A DNA stretch of 64,000 bases from Octopus sinensis (Eukaryota). A program made the translations under genes and the position numbers. Positions 12,719-25,446 of this stretch are shown piece by piece. The notes below the pieces were generated by a model that worked only from the letters and a program-made list of their open reading frames with translations, did not search any database and had not been told where the DNA came from. Each line of letters opens with the position of its first letter. The stretch's first letter is position 1. Location of the stretch: positions 9,300,001 through 9,364,000 of the forward strand of contig NC_043011.1 in the NCBI RefSeq assembly GCF_006345805.1. Reading direction: 5' to 3'.

Positions 12719-12873
12719 CAAGGACGGACTGAACCGTCGGTCAATCGGGTACTGTCCGAGCGCCCGCAGCACTGAGGGGCCGGCACTCTACATGTTAACT
12801 CTACTAAATCAATGCTAAGGGGCCCGGTAAACAGTTATGCCCGAGGGCCCTTAATACTCTCTGTCCGCCCCTG
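12719..12873. mobile_element. Putative hAT-type MITE (155 bp)
   Basis: Imperfect TIRs CAAGGACGGACTG / CTGTCCGCCCCTG (10/13) and degenerate 8-bp TSD CCAGCGAC / CCTACGAC (6/8). Confidence 0.55.
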
Positions 12874-12982
12874 CCTACGACTATCGTATAGCCATCCCCG
12901 CCTCTCCCATTACAAATCACGAAGCACTCGTCACATCGAATCTAACCGTCAAACCAAGTACGACATATTGGTTACTGATGTG

Positions 12983-13262
12983 TCGGCGCGTGGTTTAGTG
13001 GCTAGGGGCATTCGGATCACAATAATAAGGTTTTGAGTTCAATAGTGAGCAGTGCATGTGTCCTTGGGCAAGACACATTATTTCCCGTTGCTCTCAGCTA
13101 ACAAAAACGAATTGTACCTGTAAGGCAAAGGACTGCCATGTCAGGTGTTATTAAGGTTACGTGTATCAGCGGAGTGCGCAGTCACTTGCACGTTCATTTT
13201 ACGATCAGGCTGTTCCGTCGATCGAATCAACTGTAATATTGATCATCGTAACCGACGAAGCA
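12983..13262 (+). mobile_element. tRNA-derived SINE family C (degenerate)
   Basis: Head GGCGCGTGGTTTAGTGG..GAGTTCAAT, core GTGTCCTTGGGCAAGACAC, tail GCTGTTCCGTCGATCGAATCAACT..CGTAACCGACG shared with 33147-33520. Confidence 0.75.
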
Positions 13263-13499
13263 TCAGTTTGTTGTTTCTGACAGTCGTAGGATTTTAACTC
13301 AGAACACAAAGAGCAGGAAGATATTTCGGGAGGCATTTCGTCCGACGCTGGTAACAGTTTCATTCCCACCCCTAATTGATTTATCGACCCCAAAAGACAA
13401 CATTGACAACGGTGGAATTTGAATTTATATCACAGAAACTAGTTTACCTATGACCATTTGCTGACTCTCAATAAAGGTTAAGTGTAGATAGTGGACATA

Positions 13500-13567
13500 T
13501 ACGAGGGGGTACTCAAAAGTTCCTAGCTTTGGGTAAAAGAAAATACAGGAAGGGTCAATTAATTATT
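13500..13567 (+). mobile_element. Possible mariner/MITE terminal fragment
   Basis: TA followed by CGAGGGGGTACTCAAAAGTTCC resembles a mariner-type TIR; no partner TIR found. Confidence 0.4.
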
Positions 13568-14329
13568 ATAAACTTTTTACCTAATGCGAGCCCAAAGCAT
13601 CTCTTATCTCTTACACTATTTCAGTATTACGTCTCTATTGTAATGTGAGATAATATTTTCAGTTTGAAAGAAGTCTGTTCATAAATATATTCCTTATGCA
13701 TTCCAAAACGAGTTACAGATTTGGACGTATGGGGTATCAAAAGATTTAAGGCTATTTCGGCTACAAATTAAACTTAATTTCCATTCACATATTTGCATTT
13801 CAAAAATTTAACATTATAATCTTTTCCATAAACCAACTCAACTACCGTAAACATTTTATACGATGACGTCGTATGTGTGTGTGTGTGTGTACCTTAAAAG
13901 ACATCAATCATCACGACACATACCTTCACTCACTCGATCTCTTTTTGTAACTTTTTTTCTCTCTCACACACACACACACGCGCACGTACGCACATACGCA
14001 CACACATAAAAATGTACATACATCTTTCACTTTCTTTCTCTGTGCTTTTCGCTTTCTCTTCTCTCAATTTCTGCTCTCTTCAAATAAATTTTTACGGATT
14101 GAGCAGGAGAAACACAGAAAAGACGTAATCTCTCCAGAAACACGTATAAAGCAAGAAGGATTGTAGTAAAACCGAAGGAACGAATCTGAAGAGATAAGAG
14201 AGATGAGATTTTCTCAACATCAGCAAATGCATCTTGCAGCACTTAATGCGGGATCAATTAAATCAATGTCTTAATGATTAGATAAAAGTCCAATAGAATA
14301 GCTCTCAGGAACAGATTACGTACAAATTC

Positions 14330-14830
14330 GTTCTTCACAACTCCTGATAATTCTGTCCAAATTGGTGTGCTAAACACAAATTGTCTTTTCCGTAGAGCTT
14401 TAAAATTTTCAAATGAACAAATGGAATGTGTTGCTCAGGCGGCCAGGTAACATTGCCAGCACTACCAGCTCCTTCTCAACATCTTATGAATCTTCTTGAA
14501 GGTACTTCCATCCAGTCAAAGGATTTATTGAACAATATCAGACAATACAACTCCGCATTTCAAATGACATCGTTTGGTGCATCTAAGAAGATAGATAAAC
14601 ATGAGTTTACGCCGACGTCAAAGTTCATGGGCAAGTCTATCACTTCATCAGTTCCATGTTACCCACAAATGAACAACCACAGTTACCCCAAATTTACTTT
14701 ATGAGTGATGTAGGACAACGAACCCGAAGGAGGTGTTAAAATTTCAGATGATGTGTCGTGTTAGACACAACACTGACTGCTGCAAAAGAGAGTACATCGA
14801 CTGGCAGCTTTTTGGTGCGTTCAAAAATCA
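14330..14830 (+). pseudogene. Helitron RepHel N-terminal region fragment (frameshifted)
   Basis: QIGVLNTNCLFRRALKFSNE / MCCSGGQVTLPALPAP..IRQYNSAFQMTSFGA..FTPT / KVHGQVYHFISSMLP..QIYFMSD, matching the Helitron CC..G.V.LP..IR.YNSAFQMTSFG..GQVYH..LQIYF signature. Confidence 0.85.
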
Positions 14831-15543
14831 CATAACCCCCACTCCCAATTTTCCATGACAGGTCAGGGCCCGAAATACTCCAAACGGATGCATAGCATGC
14901 TGCTTAGTCGAATTAGCCCATAAATGTTTTGTTGTCAAAGCTACTCTTTCCCATATCACCTCTTTCAACATAACTCTAATATATTATATACAAGCATTGA
15001 CATGAAACTCATTTTCCCCATAAAACAATAAAGAGTTAATAGTTTTAGAAGTTTGCAAATTTTGGATAACTTTAGCCAATCGAAAACCACAGATATATAG
15101 GTGCCTGTTTCCATAGTGACAAACCAAGCTGTCATGAAGCTGCTTATGCGCGTGGTCATTTTTCGCTTATTAAATGCTTAAAACACATGAGGTATGAGGT
15201 GGTCGTGAGATGTGCTAAAAATAATAGCTAAATAGGTCTTAAATCATACGCCAAAGCCAATTTTTCATTTGTTTACAGTTATCAAATACGTGAAGTCACG
15301 CAGAAAATAACAGCTTCCAGATTCTGTTTTCTGATTGGGTGAAAATGATCAAACGTTAAACCTCTGTAACTTTTGAAAATTTCTTCTGGAAAAAAGTGAA
15401 TTATCTCTTGAGATTCAGCATGGAAAATTACATCAATACACTAAATTTTAAAATATTCACTAAACTTTAAAATTTCCACAGGTGCAGCCAAACAGAAAAG
15501 ATCCGTATATTATCCAATTAGCCATATATTAATTAGTCGACAG

Positions 15544-15660
15544 AGGAGGAGGAGGAGGAGGAGGAGAAGAAGAAGAAGAAGAAAGAAGAAAGAAGAAGAA
15601 GAAGAAGAAGAAGAAGAAGAAGAAGAAGAAGAAGAAGAAGAAGAAGAAGAAAAGAGGAAG
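15544..15660. repeat. (GAG)n(GAA)n microsatellite
   Basis: Direct reading. Confidence 0.95.
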
Positions 15661-15711
15661 AAAATAAGTGGTTGCAACTCAACCAATGAAAATTAATTTA
15701 CACTCATACAC

Positions 15712-15742
<31 letters not shown>

Positions 15743-16089
15743 CACTCTCTCAGACACACACACACACGCACATACACACATTTATAAACTGCAACATATC
15801 ATCTAATTAACCAATGATTATAATTAGCCAATGGTAATTATTATATTTCTATTGTTATCTAAAAACTGCTCATATCTTAATGATATTCATGTTGAGTGGG
15901 TGAGGAGAGAGAGGCGGGAGGGGAGAAGGAGTGAGAGTGAGAGTGAGAGAGAGAGGGTGGAGAGTGAGTGAGAGTGAGAGTGAGAGAGAGAGAGGGGGGA
16001 GAGGGAGATTTATTAATAGATGTCGGCCTATAACTGTCACGAAAGCTACCTCACGGTTTAACAGAAACGAGAACAACAATGCGGGCTGG

Positions 16090-16178
16090 AGGTGGGGTGG
16101 CGGTGGTAGTGGTGGCGGCGGTGGTGATGGTGGAGGTGGTGGTGGAGGAGGTGGTGGTGGAGGAGGAGGAGGTGGAGG
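16090..16178. repeat. (GGT/GGA)n G-rich triplet tract
   Basis: Direct reading; explains the poly-G and poly-P ORFs. Confidence 0.9.
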
Positions 16179-16625
16179 AAATCTCCAATTTCTCAAGTTG
16201 CGCATGTGTGAAACATCATCAGCTAAGTACTATCTTAGAATGCAAAGAAAGGTAACGCATGTGTGCGTGTATGGGGGGTGGGGAGGTAATAAGATACGTT
16301 ATCAGGGAAAAGAAACCAAACCTAAAAATATAATAGTAATAATAATAATAATAATAATGATGATGATTTCATTTATTTGCCACAAGGCAAGGACGAGGGG
16401 GACAATACAAAGACAGACGTAAAGTGGAATAACAACAACAACAACAATACGAAAATATCATACTGGGTGTCTTTTTTTCTGTAGCTTTTTCGCATCTCTC
16501 TTTCTCCGCATATTTATCTATTTGCCTTCCTAGCTATTTATATCTATCTACCCGTCTCTCTTTCTTTTGCCTCTCTCTCTCTCTCTCTCTCTCTCTTTCA
16601 TTATCTATCTATCTATCTATCTATC

Positions 16626-16627
<2 letters not shown>

Positions 16628-16714
<87 letters not shown>
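16628..16714. repeat. (GATA)n/(GAAA)n tract: 3' tail or target of Tx1 copy 1
   Basis: Directly abuts the element end ATGTTTCTTTATT; preceded by an inverted (TATC)n at about 16602-16625. Confidence 0.9.
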
Positions 16715-16715
<1 letters not shown>

Positions 16716-17141
16716 TGTTTCTTTATTAGCCACACAGGGCTGCACACAGATAGAACAAATTACAAGGTAGAGCTTTTCTTTTGAAGTTTTAAAAAAAAAA
16801 AAAAAAAAAAATTAAAATTTAAAAAAAAAAAAAAAAGGAAGGGGGAGTTTCGATCAAAAGGGATCGTAAAAGGAGAGAAAGAGCACAAAAAAAGGGGGGT
16901 TAAAAAAAAAAAAAAAAAGGGGGGGGGGAAAAAAAATTGATCAATAGGGATCGTTATCACAGAAATGTCAATATGAAGTGTAAAGGGGAGGACAGGTGAG
17001 GTTTACCCGTGGAAAGAAAAGCCTACGGAAAAGACCACGGTAACCTCGGTCAATGAAGTCACATTTTATATTTCTTTTTTTTTTTTTTTTTTGCAAATAA
17101 GCAACTCTCTGTTTTCGATTTTTGGGTTCATAGGACTATGC

Positions 17142-20100
17142 TCAAGGGGCTTCGTCATTCATACGTGCCATTCTTGCTACATTCACCCATCTTTTTTTAA
17201 AACATTCGCTAGACAAAACTTGCCTCTCTACTCTCACTTTCCTTTTCAAGTGGTACTTGAAGAAGTTGATGAGAGATTGACCAGAGAGGAAAGTGTTTGT
17301 CTCCAATCCTTTCAGACGCGTCCACCAGATACATTCTTTCGCCATAGCCACAAGGATGATGAAAATAGCTCTTCCTTCCCGTTTGAAGGAAGGAGGCGTG
17401 ACAATATTGACGATAGACTCAGCTGATAAACCGACTCGTCCCACACGTGACAGCAGTTGTTCGACATAAGCCCACAGGTCGGAAATTGTTGGACACTGAA
17501 CGAGTGCGTGCAGAACGGTTTCGTCGCTCTGACCGCATCTCGGGCAGGTCGGCCCCGTGTTTCTCGAGCCGTGTCTGTAGAGCTTATCCCGAACGGGTAG
17601 CGCTTCTCGGTAGCACTGCCAGGCCAGGGATCTCTGGAAGTTGTCCATGGGCCCTGGCCCGAAAGTCGTCCCGAACAGGCGGGTCAGGTACTCCTCGTCG
17701 ACGTCCAGGTTCGCCCCGAGCTCGTCGTCGTACCTCCCCTCCACTAACCCCTATAGAATGCTTTGGTTGTGTTGAAGTCACTTAAGGTCGACCCAGGACG
17801 GCAGAGTTGCTTGAGAGCAACGCGACACTCGCGGTGCCATTCGCCCTTCCTCGGCCTCTTTTTGATCCACGACTGCAGTTCGGTCATGGAGACGAGCTGC
17901 GGGAAAGCGTGCCTCACAAACGGCGACCACACCTGTTCACCGTCGTCTACATAGAGCCAGAGATGTCGCAGTCTCAGCGCGTGTCTGCGCATCATCAACC
18001 ACGGCATGCCCAGCCCTCCTTTTAACGGGTGTTGACAGCAAATGGATCGCCTGACCATCGGGACGCATCCTTTCCACAAGAAGCGAAAGAGGATGCGTTG
18101 TAGTTTGGTGATGGTAGGGTCGGGACAAGGTACGACGGTCAGGCGGTAGTAGATGACGGACGCGATGTACGTGTTCGCCACCTCCGCTCGACCTTTTAGG
18201 GACAGTTTCCTCTCGGCCCATTGCCGGGCGAGAGTGACCACCCTACTCGTTATCTCGTTCCAGTTCTTCTCCACTTGGAGGTCCGGACCAAACCAGACCC
18301 CGAGCAACTCAACCGGGCCGTCGGTCCAGCGTCCCACGACGGAGGCGCTGGTGGACGGCATGGGCTTGCTTCTCCAGGTGCCTAGTCGCAAGCCCACTGA
18401 CTTTTCCCGGTTGATTTTCGCTCCTGTCACCGCTTCGTAGTTTTTCAGTGTCTCGCCGACCAGCTCGATGTGCTCGTGGCTAGACACTATGACGGTGACG
18501 TCGTCCGCGTATGCAGACACGCTCGTCCCGCATCCCAATTCTCGCGGGATGCCCCTTAGAGTCGCCAGCTTCCGCAGTAGTGGCTCAAGAGTCAATACGT
18601 ATAGAAGCGCCGAGAGGGGGCATCCCTGACGGACCGAACGTGCAATGTCGAAAGGTCTCGATAGATGTCCATTTACGCGAATTACCGAACGGATGCCTCT
18701 GTACAAGGCAGCTATCCAGCCGCGGAAGACGGGCCCGAAACCAGCCGCTCTCAGGACTGCCTCCAAGTATCGATGGTCACCCTATCAAAGGCTTTCGATT
18801 GATCCAAGTTGATCAGGGCCCCACCCATGCCAGGTTCGTTAACTACCCTGTCTATGATGTAGCGCATCAGATGGAGGTTGTCATGGATGGTCCGGCCTGG
18901 CACGGCGCATGTTTGCGCCTTGTCGACCAGTTTCTCGATGACAAGCGCCAACCTCTTGGCTAGCACCTTGGCCAAAATTTTCAAGTCTGCATTAAGCAGA
19001 GTGATGGGCCTAAAGTTATCTATTACATTCCCTTGTTTAGATCTTTCTTCAGCAGTGTTACGGCTCCTCGGCTCACAAAACCAGGAATGCTCCCGTTTTG
19101 CTGCCAGTTGCAGTACACCGCCGCCAAGAGATCTCCAAACAAGTCTGGCATACAATTGTAAAGCTCGTAGGGTAGACCATCCAAACCCGGTGATTTGTCC
19201 CTCGAGCATTCTGCCATCGCTTCCCGCACTTCCGCCGCCGTGATGGCACCTTCGCAGCACCCTGCCTTTCTTGTCGAGAGTCGTGGTAGGCTATGTAGGT
19301 AGGCACTGAAGTCCACCCTACGTTCTTGCCCTCCACTCGTTCCGAACAGTCGGGCAAAATGCTGCTGAAAGGCCTCACACATTTTACTTGGCTCGAGCAA
19401 TTCGCGCCCCTGTTCATCTACCAGTGACCGAATGGTGGCTTTGTTGCCCTGTTGCGCCTCTGCCACCCGGGCCTCTCTCGCGGCTCCAACACCTTCGTTC
19501 CTTAGAGCACGCATCCTAGCTCTGACAGCACATCCTTCGTGTTTGGCGTTGAAGTGTTGGTCGAGGGCCAACCTCGCCGCCAAAACGTCGGATGCGATGC
19601 CGCTTCTAATTGCCTCTTCTAGCTTCTTAACTAGCTCACCCTCTACTCTATTTCTATCTATGGCTAGTGCTTTGCTGTACCTAATCGCTTCTGCTTTTAC
19701 TGCTCTCTTGAGGGCAAACCACCATTTGTTGTTGATGATGGCTCCCGTCAAAGCCCTCTTTACTAGTGTGCTAATCCGGTCTCTGAAAACTTGTCTCGAT
19801 GGGAAAGACGCGTTTAGTTTCCAGTATCCGGGACCCTGCCTAAGTGTCTTACCTAAGTCTAGCGTACATGTCACAAGTTTGTGATCCGTGTAGCTGACTA
19901 TGTGGAATTGTGGACATCCTATGCTATCTCTATCTACTGTCCTACACAGTATCCTATCTAGATACGATCTCGACGACCCGATGCGGTTGCTCCATGTCCA
20001 CGTTGGCGCATTCGGGTGGTCTAGTCGGAACCTGTCAGACAGTTGAAAGCGTCTGAGCAGGTCTCTGAGGCATTTGCATCCCCGTCTATTCCTATCTCTA

Positions 20101-20560
20101 CCCACGTAGTCTACATGCGTGTCCAAGGTAGCATTCCAATCCCCCACTAAGAGTAAAGGACGAGACGTTCCCAAGAAAACTTCTAGACGTTGAAAGAAAT
20201 CCGCCCGACCTGTTAAGGGCGGTGCGTAAACTGATACGAGTCGAAAAGCGCACCCATTGCTGCCGTCGACATCCAGGACGACCAGTCTACCCTCCGGGTA
20301 TACGAATATTGTCCTTACATTGAGATCCAGACTCTTGTGAAAAAGTACCGCGGTGCCACTACCGCCCATTCTCGGCAGACGGGGGAAAAATAAATGTTGA
20401 ACTGTCCGCCAAACATGGTCTTTAGGGCCCGCGGATTGTGGAGTCTGGTCTCGCTTATGGCTATGATTTCTAACTTATGTGACTTTATGTCATTTAAGAG
20501 GTACCCTTGTTTCCAAGGGGACCCCAAGCCACGCGCATTTACACAACCAATCTTGATCAT
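17142..20560 (-). pseudogene. Tx1 ORF2 (APE endonuclease, reverse transcriptase, zinc-binding C-terminus), split by single-base frameshifts
   Basis: MIKIGCVNARGL..ISETRL; LVGDWNA; SYLDRI; SYTDHK; FRPITLLNADLKILAK; LDQSKAFDRV; VRQGCPLSALLY; AYADDVTV; CPRCGQSDETVLHALVQC. Frameshifts near 20381-20390, 19030, 18778, 17746. Confidence 0.93.
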
Positions 20561-20587
20561 AGTTCTAATGAATTAGAATACAGAGGG

Positions 20588-22097
20588 TTACTTACTGCTC
20601 GAAAGTTTTTGCTTTCTCCTCCGTTGGTTTGTCCTCGAGAAGATCCCAGTACAGTTTCTTTGTGAGATATTTTGGCATTTACCAACCGCACTGGGGAAAA
20701 TGCCTTTGAGTGTGTGGTGCAGACTTTTGGAGATGTGTAATATTTTGATGTGGTCTGGTGGTGTTGTGTATGGGTGATTGTTTGTTTTTATGTCATCTTC
20801 TGTTATGTTTGTTTTTGATTGGATGTATTCCATCAAATTTGTGTTTTTGGTGTCTATGGCTGTGAGCATGTTTGCTGTATATGTTTTTGTGGTGTTGGTG
20901 TGGCTGTTGTTTGCGTGGGTTTTGAAATGTCTTCGGGAGATGTATTTCCCCCTGCTTTGTTCGTGTTTGCATTTGGTTGGTTGTGTTTCTGCTCTTTATT
21001 TTCCTTTTTTGTAGCTATTTGCCATTCCTCACTGGTTTCGTCTTCCGACGAAATTTCTGAGGAATCAGAAGGGGGTAGGGGTATGTTGTGGGCTTCTATG
21101 TATGTCTGTGTAAGTGGTTGTGTTGTTGTTTTCGTGTGTTTGGTTGTTGAATGTTTGTGTGTGTTGAGTGCGGTATAAGGGATGGGGGATCAGTTTGTGT
21201 GTGTTTTCTTTGTTTTTCTGTTCCTTTGGTTTTGCTGTTGATGGTGGTGTTGGTATTTTTTTCAGGTGTCGAGTGGTTTGTGTTGATGACGGATTAGCTT
21301 GGTGTGCTTCTCTTGTCGTCTTCTGTGTTGATGGTGGTGTGGGTAGTAGAGCTTTTTTTCCGGAGTGCTTTGGTTGTGGTAGTGGTTGTTGTTGTTGCTC
21401 TTGGTGTGCAGTGGTTGGGCACGTCTTTTTCAAGTGTGTTTCGCTTCCACACAAATAGCAGCGTGGTCGCCTGCCCTCTACCACTATATAGAGTTTGTAG
21501 CCTCCTGGCAGTTCTATAGCGGTGGGTATCTTCTCTTTGCTGCTTCATCCAATTGAAGCAGGAATTCGATTGATTTGCCCACATAGTCTTTCTCTCCTAG
21601 AACCGCGATTTCCAGGATGTTGTCTCTGACATTGTCTCTGACATTTCAAAGCAGATGGCAGAGACCAACCATTGTGTTTCGACATCAAATGGTATGTTTT
21701 TTATTTGGACTTTCGTGACCCTTTTGTTTAAATAGACTGGTATCATTACCAAGTCGTCCGAATGCAGCTCCAATGTGGAAAAACGTTTTGCTAAACTTTC
21801 GTTGAGGAAACGTACTTGGACTGTACCAAATTTGTTTCCCCAACTGATATATTCCTTGGAGTCCCATACAGGACGAAGGCATTTATCGATTTTTTCCTGC
21901 GGTGCATTTTCTGTTCTTCTTGTTTTTTTGTTTATTACTTTATAAATTATTGTTTTTTTTTGTGTGTTTTCCACGATGTGTTGTGGAATATGAAGGTGCA
22001 ATTTGTCTCCTTCTTTGGAGAAGAGTGCCTTTGTGCGGTTTATCTCTTGTGTGGTGAATGTTACAATTGTTCTTTTTTGTTTTGTTTGTTCTTTTTT
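20588..22097 (-). pseudogene. Tx1 ORF1 (gag-like, CCHC zinc knuckle), frameshifted, start missing
   Basis: ..FGTVQVRF..VTKVQIKNIPFDV.., then IELPGGYKLYIVVEGRRPRCYLCGSETHLKKTC (CX2CX4HX4C) and a Thr/Pro/Gln-rich tail; 12-bp duplication ATGTCAGAGACA near 21620-21645. Confidence 0.8.
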
Positions 22098-22099
22098 GA

Positions 22100-22116
22100 G
22101 ATAGATAGATAGATAG

Positions 22117-22156
<40 letters not shown>

Positions 22157-22157
22157 T

Positions 22158-22219
<62 letters not shown>

Positions 22220-22240
22220 AAGAAAGAAAGAAAGAAAGAT
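22100..22240. repeat. (GATA)n/(GAAA)n spacer between the two Tx1 copies
   Basis: Direct reading. Confidence 0.95.
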
Positions 22241-23297
22241 ATGTTTCTTTATTAGCCACACAGGGCTGCACACAGATAGAACAAATTACAAGGTAGAGCT
22301 TTTCTTTTGAAGGTTTAAAAAAAAAAAAAAAAATAAAAGGAAGGGGGAGTTTCGATCAAAAGGGATCGTAAAAGGAGAGAAAGAGGACAAAAAAGAGGGG
22401 GGGTTAAAAAAAAAGAAAAAAAAAAGGGGGAGAGGAAAAAAAAAATTGATCAATAGGGATCGTTATCACAGAAATGTCAATATGAAGTGTAAAGGGGAGG
22501 ACAGGTGAGGTTTACCCGTGGAAAGAAAAGCCTACGGAAAAGACCACGGTAACCTCGGTCAATGAAGTCACATTTTATATTTCTTTTTTTTTTTTTTTTT
22601 TTTTTTTTTTGCAAATAAGCAACTCTCTGTTTTCGATTTCTGGGTTCATAGGATTATGCTCAAGGTGGCTTCGTCATTCATACGTGCCATTCTTGCTACA
22701 TTCACCCATCTTTTTTTAAAACATTCGCTAGACAAAACTTGCCTCTCTACTCTCACTTCCTTTTCAAGTGGTACTTGAAGAAGTTGATGAGAGATTGACC
22801 AGAGAGGAAAGTGTTTGTCTCCAATCCTTTCAGACGCGTCCACCAGATACATTCTTTCGCCATAGCCACAAGGATGATGAAAATAGCTCTTCCTTCCCGT
22901 TTGAAGGAAGGAGGCGTGACAATATTGACGATAGACTCAGCTGATAACCGACTCGTCCCACACGTGACAGCAGTTGTTCGACATAAGCCCACAGGTCGGA
23001 AATTGTTGGACACTGAACGAGTGCGTGCAGAACGGTTTCGTCGCTCTGACCGCATCTCGGGCAGGTCGGCCCCGTGTTTCTCGAGCCGTGTCTGTAGAGC
23101 TTATCCCGAACGGGTAGCGCTTCTCGGTAGCACTGCCAGGCCAGGGATCTCTGGAAGTTGTCCATGGGCCCTGGCCCGAAAGTCGTCCCGAACAGGCGGG
23201 TCAGGTACTCCTCGTCGACGTCCAGGTTCGCCCCGAGCTCGTCGTCGTACCTCCCCTCCACTAAACCCCTATAGAATGCTTTGGTTGTGTTGAAGTC

Positions 23298-23298
<1 letters not shown>
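22241..23298 (-). mobile_element. Tx1 copy 2, 5'-truncated (about 1.06 kb)
   Basis: Near-identical to 16715-17780; homology stops at TGAAGTCA and is followed by (GATA)n at 23299-23520. Confidence 0.95.
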
Positions 23299-23364
<66 letters not shown>

Positions 23365-23372
23365 AAGAAAGA

Positions 23373-23519
<147 letters not shown>

Positions 23520-23520
23520 T

Positions 23521-25210
23521 AAAGTCGTTTGCGAACGATGTCATACCAGCCGAGATATATAGATGTGGAAGCGATTTCCTGTTGAACAAAATTTTGTGAA
23601 CTCTTCTCGTTAATCTGAGAATCAGGATCAGCCACACGGGAGTTTAAAGAAGCTTCCATTGTCCATCTTTATTAGCACAAGGCAACAGATATGAATGTGA
23701 CGATCATAGAAGTATCTCTCTTTTGTGTGTTGCCGAGAAGATCCTTGGAAGGGTCTTCTTAAACAGACTAAATTATGCCCTTTTCAGCTTAGTGTTGCCT
23801 GAATCTCAGTGTGGCTTTCAGGCTGGTAGAGGCGCAGTGGGTAGGATTTTCAGCCCGAGGCAACTGCAGGAACGGGTTCGTGTGCACAACCGAGTCCTGT
23901 TTATCACTTTTGTAGATCTAAAGCTTTCAACACCCTATCCAGGGATGCTCTTTGGTTTGTCCTTAGAAAGCTAGGTGTTCCCGAAACGATGCTCAACGTC
24001 ATCATTTCTTTCCATCAAAGGATGATGGCTTCTGTCAGATCCAGCGGGGAAGTTTCCAATTTATTCACAGTCTCAAATTGGGACAAAATAAGGCTGTGTT
24101 TGAGGATGTTATTTGAGGATGTTAAAGAAGGAGTAAAGTTTGAGTAGGGGATTGATGGTTGCTTGTTCAACTGACAGCGCTTCAAAGCAAAAACTAAGAC
24201 TTCGGTTGAAACAGTTCGATTGTGCACTTGTAGCACACACCCTTGAAGACATGCAATGGATATTAAACAACTTCTTGCGTGCATCGAAAACGTTTCGTCT
24301 GACCATCAGCATCAAGTAAACTGGGCTTGTCCATCAGGACCATCTTCCCGCTGTTGGGCCTTCAGTATATGTTCACGTGAACACATTAAGAACTGTTTGC
24401 TTCTTCACTTATCTTGGTCCCATTGAGTCCAATCATGCTAAAATGAATAAAAGAAATTGAGTCCAGAAGCTAGTCTGCTGGTTCTGTTTTCGGGAAACTT
24501 TAACATAGGCTTTGGAACAGCCATGACGAATCGTTCAAGGTAGAAGTCGATGTGTACAGGTCAGTGGTTTTGTCATCGTTGCTTTATGGTGTTGAATCTT
24601 GGACCCTTTACCGAAAGCACATCAGCCAGCTTGATTCTTTCCAGATGCGATGCTTGCGTACTTTCTCCAATATCAAACTGAGCGGGCATATTCGTAGCAG
24701 TGAGGTACTAACAAAATGCAACATATCAAGTATTGACATCAAATCACAGCTGAGATGATTAAATCATCTCTTGCGCACGAGTGATATCAGAATTGCGAAG
24801 CAACGTCTCTTTAGCCAATTCCAAACAGGAAGGTCAGTTGGAAGGCCGCTCTTGTCCTTCAAAGACAAACTAAAAGACAATCTGAAGCGATGCAACAATC
24901 CTTTTTCTTCTTGGGGACAACAGAGCATCAAAACACAAAACCTGGCGCCACTCCTGCTTCTCCTCCGTTCAAAGATTTGAGCAGTGTCGACTCCAGCATC
25001 GGGACCAACTTCCTACAAGCATGAAAGTACGCTGGCAAAACGCCTCCAAGTGAAAAACTTATCTGTTATTGTGGTTTTGGGGTTTTGTAGTAAAGCCCAG
25101 TCGAGAAAACACGGAGCAAATGATCCACCAGCACTCGAGCAGACTGAATCAACTTGTTCTATTTGTCAAAGGGTGTGCAAAGCACCAGCAGGCCTTAAGG
25201 GAGACGTGTG
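23521..25210 (+). mobile_element. Degenerate RTE (BovB-like) LINE, RT to 3' end
   Basis: SISLLCVAEKILGRVFLNRL..PESQCGFQAGRG..FVDLK; YRSVVLSSLLYGVESWTLY; GRPLLSFKDKLKDNLK; terminal CSICQRVCKAPAGL; many stops and frameshifts. Confidence 0.88.
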
Positions 25211-25413
25211 TGCATAGAACATAATTACTGCTTATTTTGGATGAACCCTCATTTGCCGTACGCTATACATACATACATACATACATACATACATACAATA
25301 CATACATACATACATACATACATACATACACACACACAACACACACACATACATACATACATACATACATACATACACACACATACATACACATACATAC
25401 ATACATACATACA

Positions 25414-25445
<32 letters not shown>

Positions 25446-25446
<1 letters not shown>

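Larger units (their letters stand above)
16715..22097 (-). mobile_element. Tx1/L1-clade non-LTR retrotransposon, copy 1 (about 5.4 kb, slightly 5'-truncated)
   Basis: ORF1 with zinc knuckle, ORF2 with APE, RT and C-terminal zinc motif, ~430-bp 3' UTR ending AATAAA-GAAACAT-(ATCT)n; both ends lie in (GATA)n. Confidence 0.95.

Noticed and set aside
17091-23293. Plus-strand ORFs overlapping the Tx1 copies (e.g. 17447-17785, 18511-18963, 19432-19884, 22811-23293)
   Set aside because: Antisense shadows of a GC-richer coding strand; no recognisable motifs.
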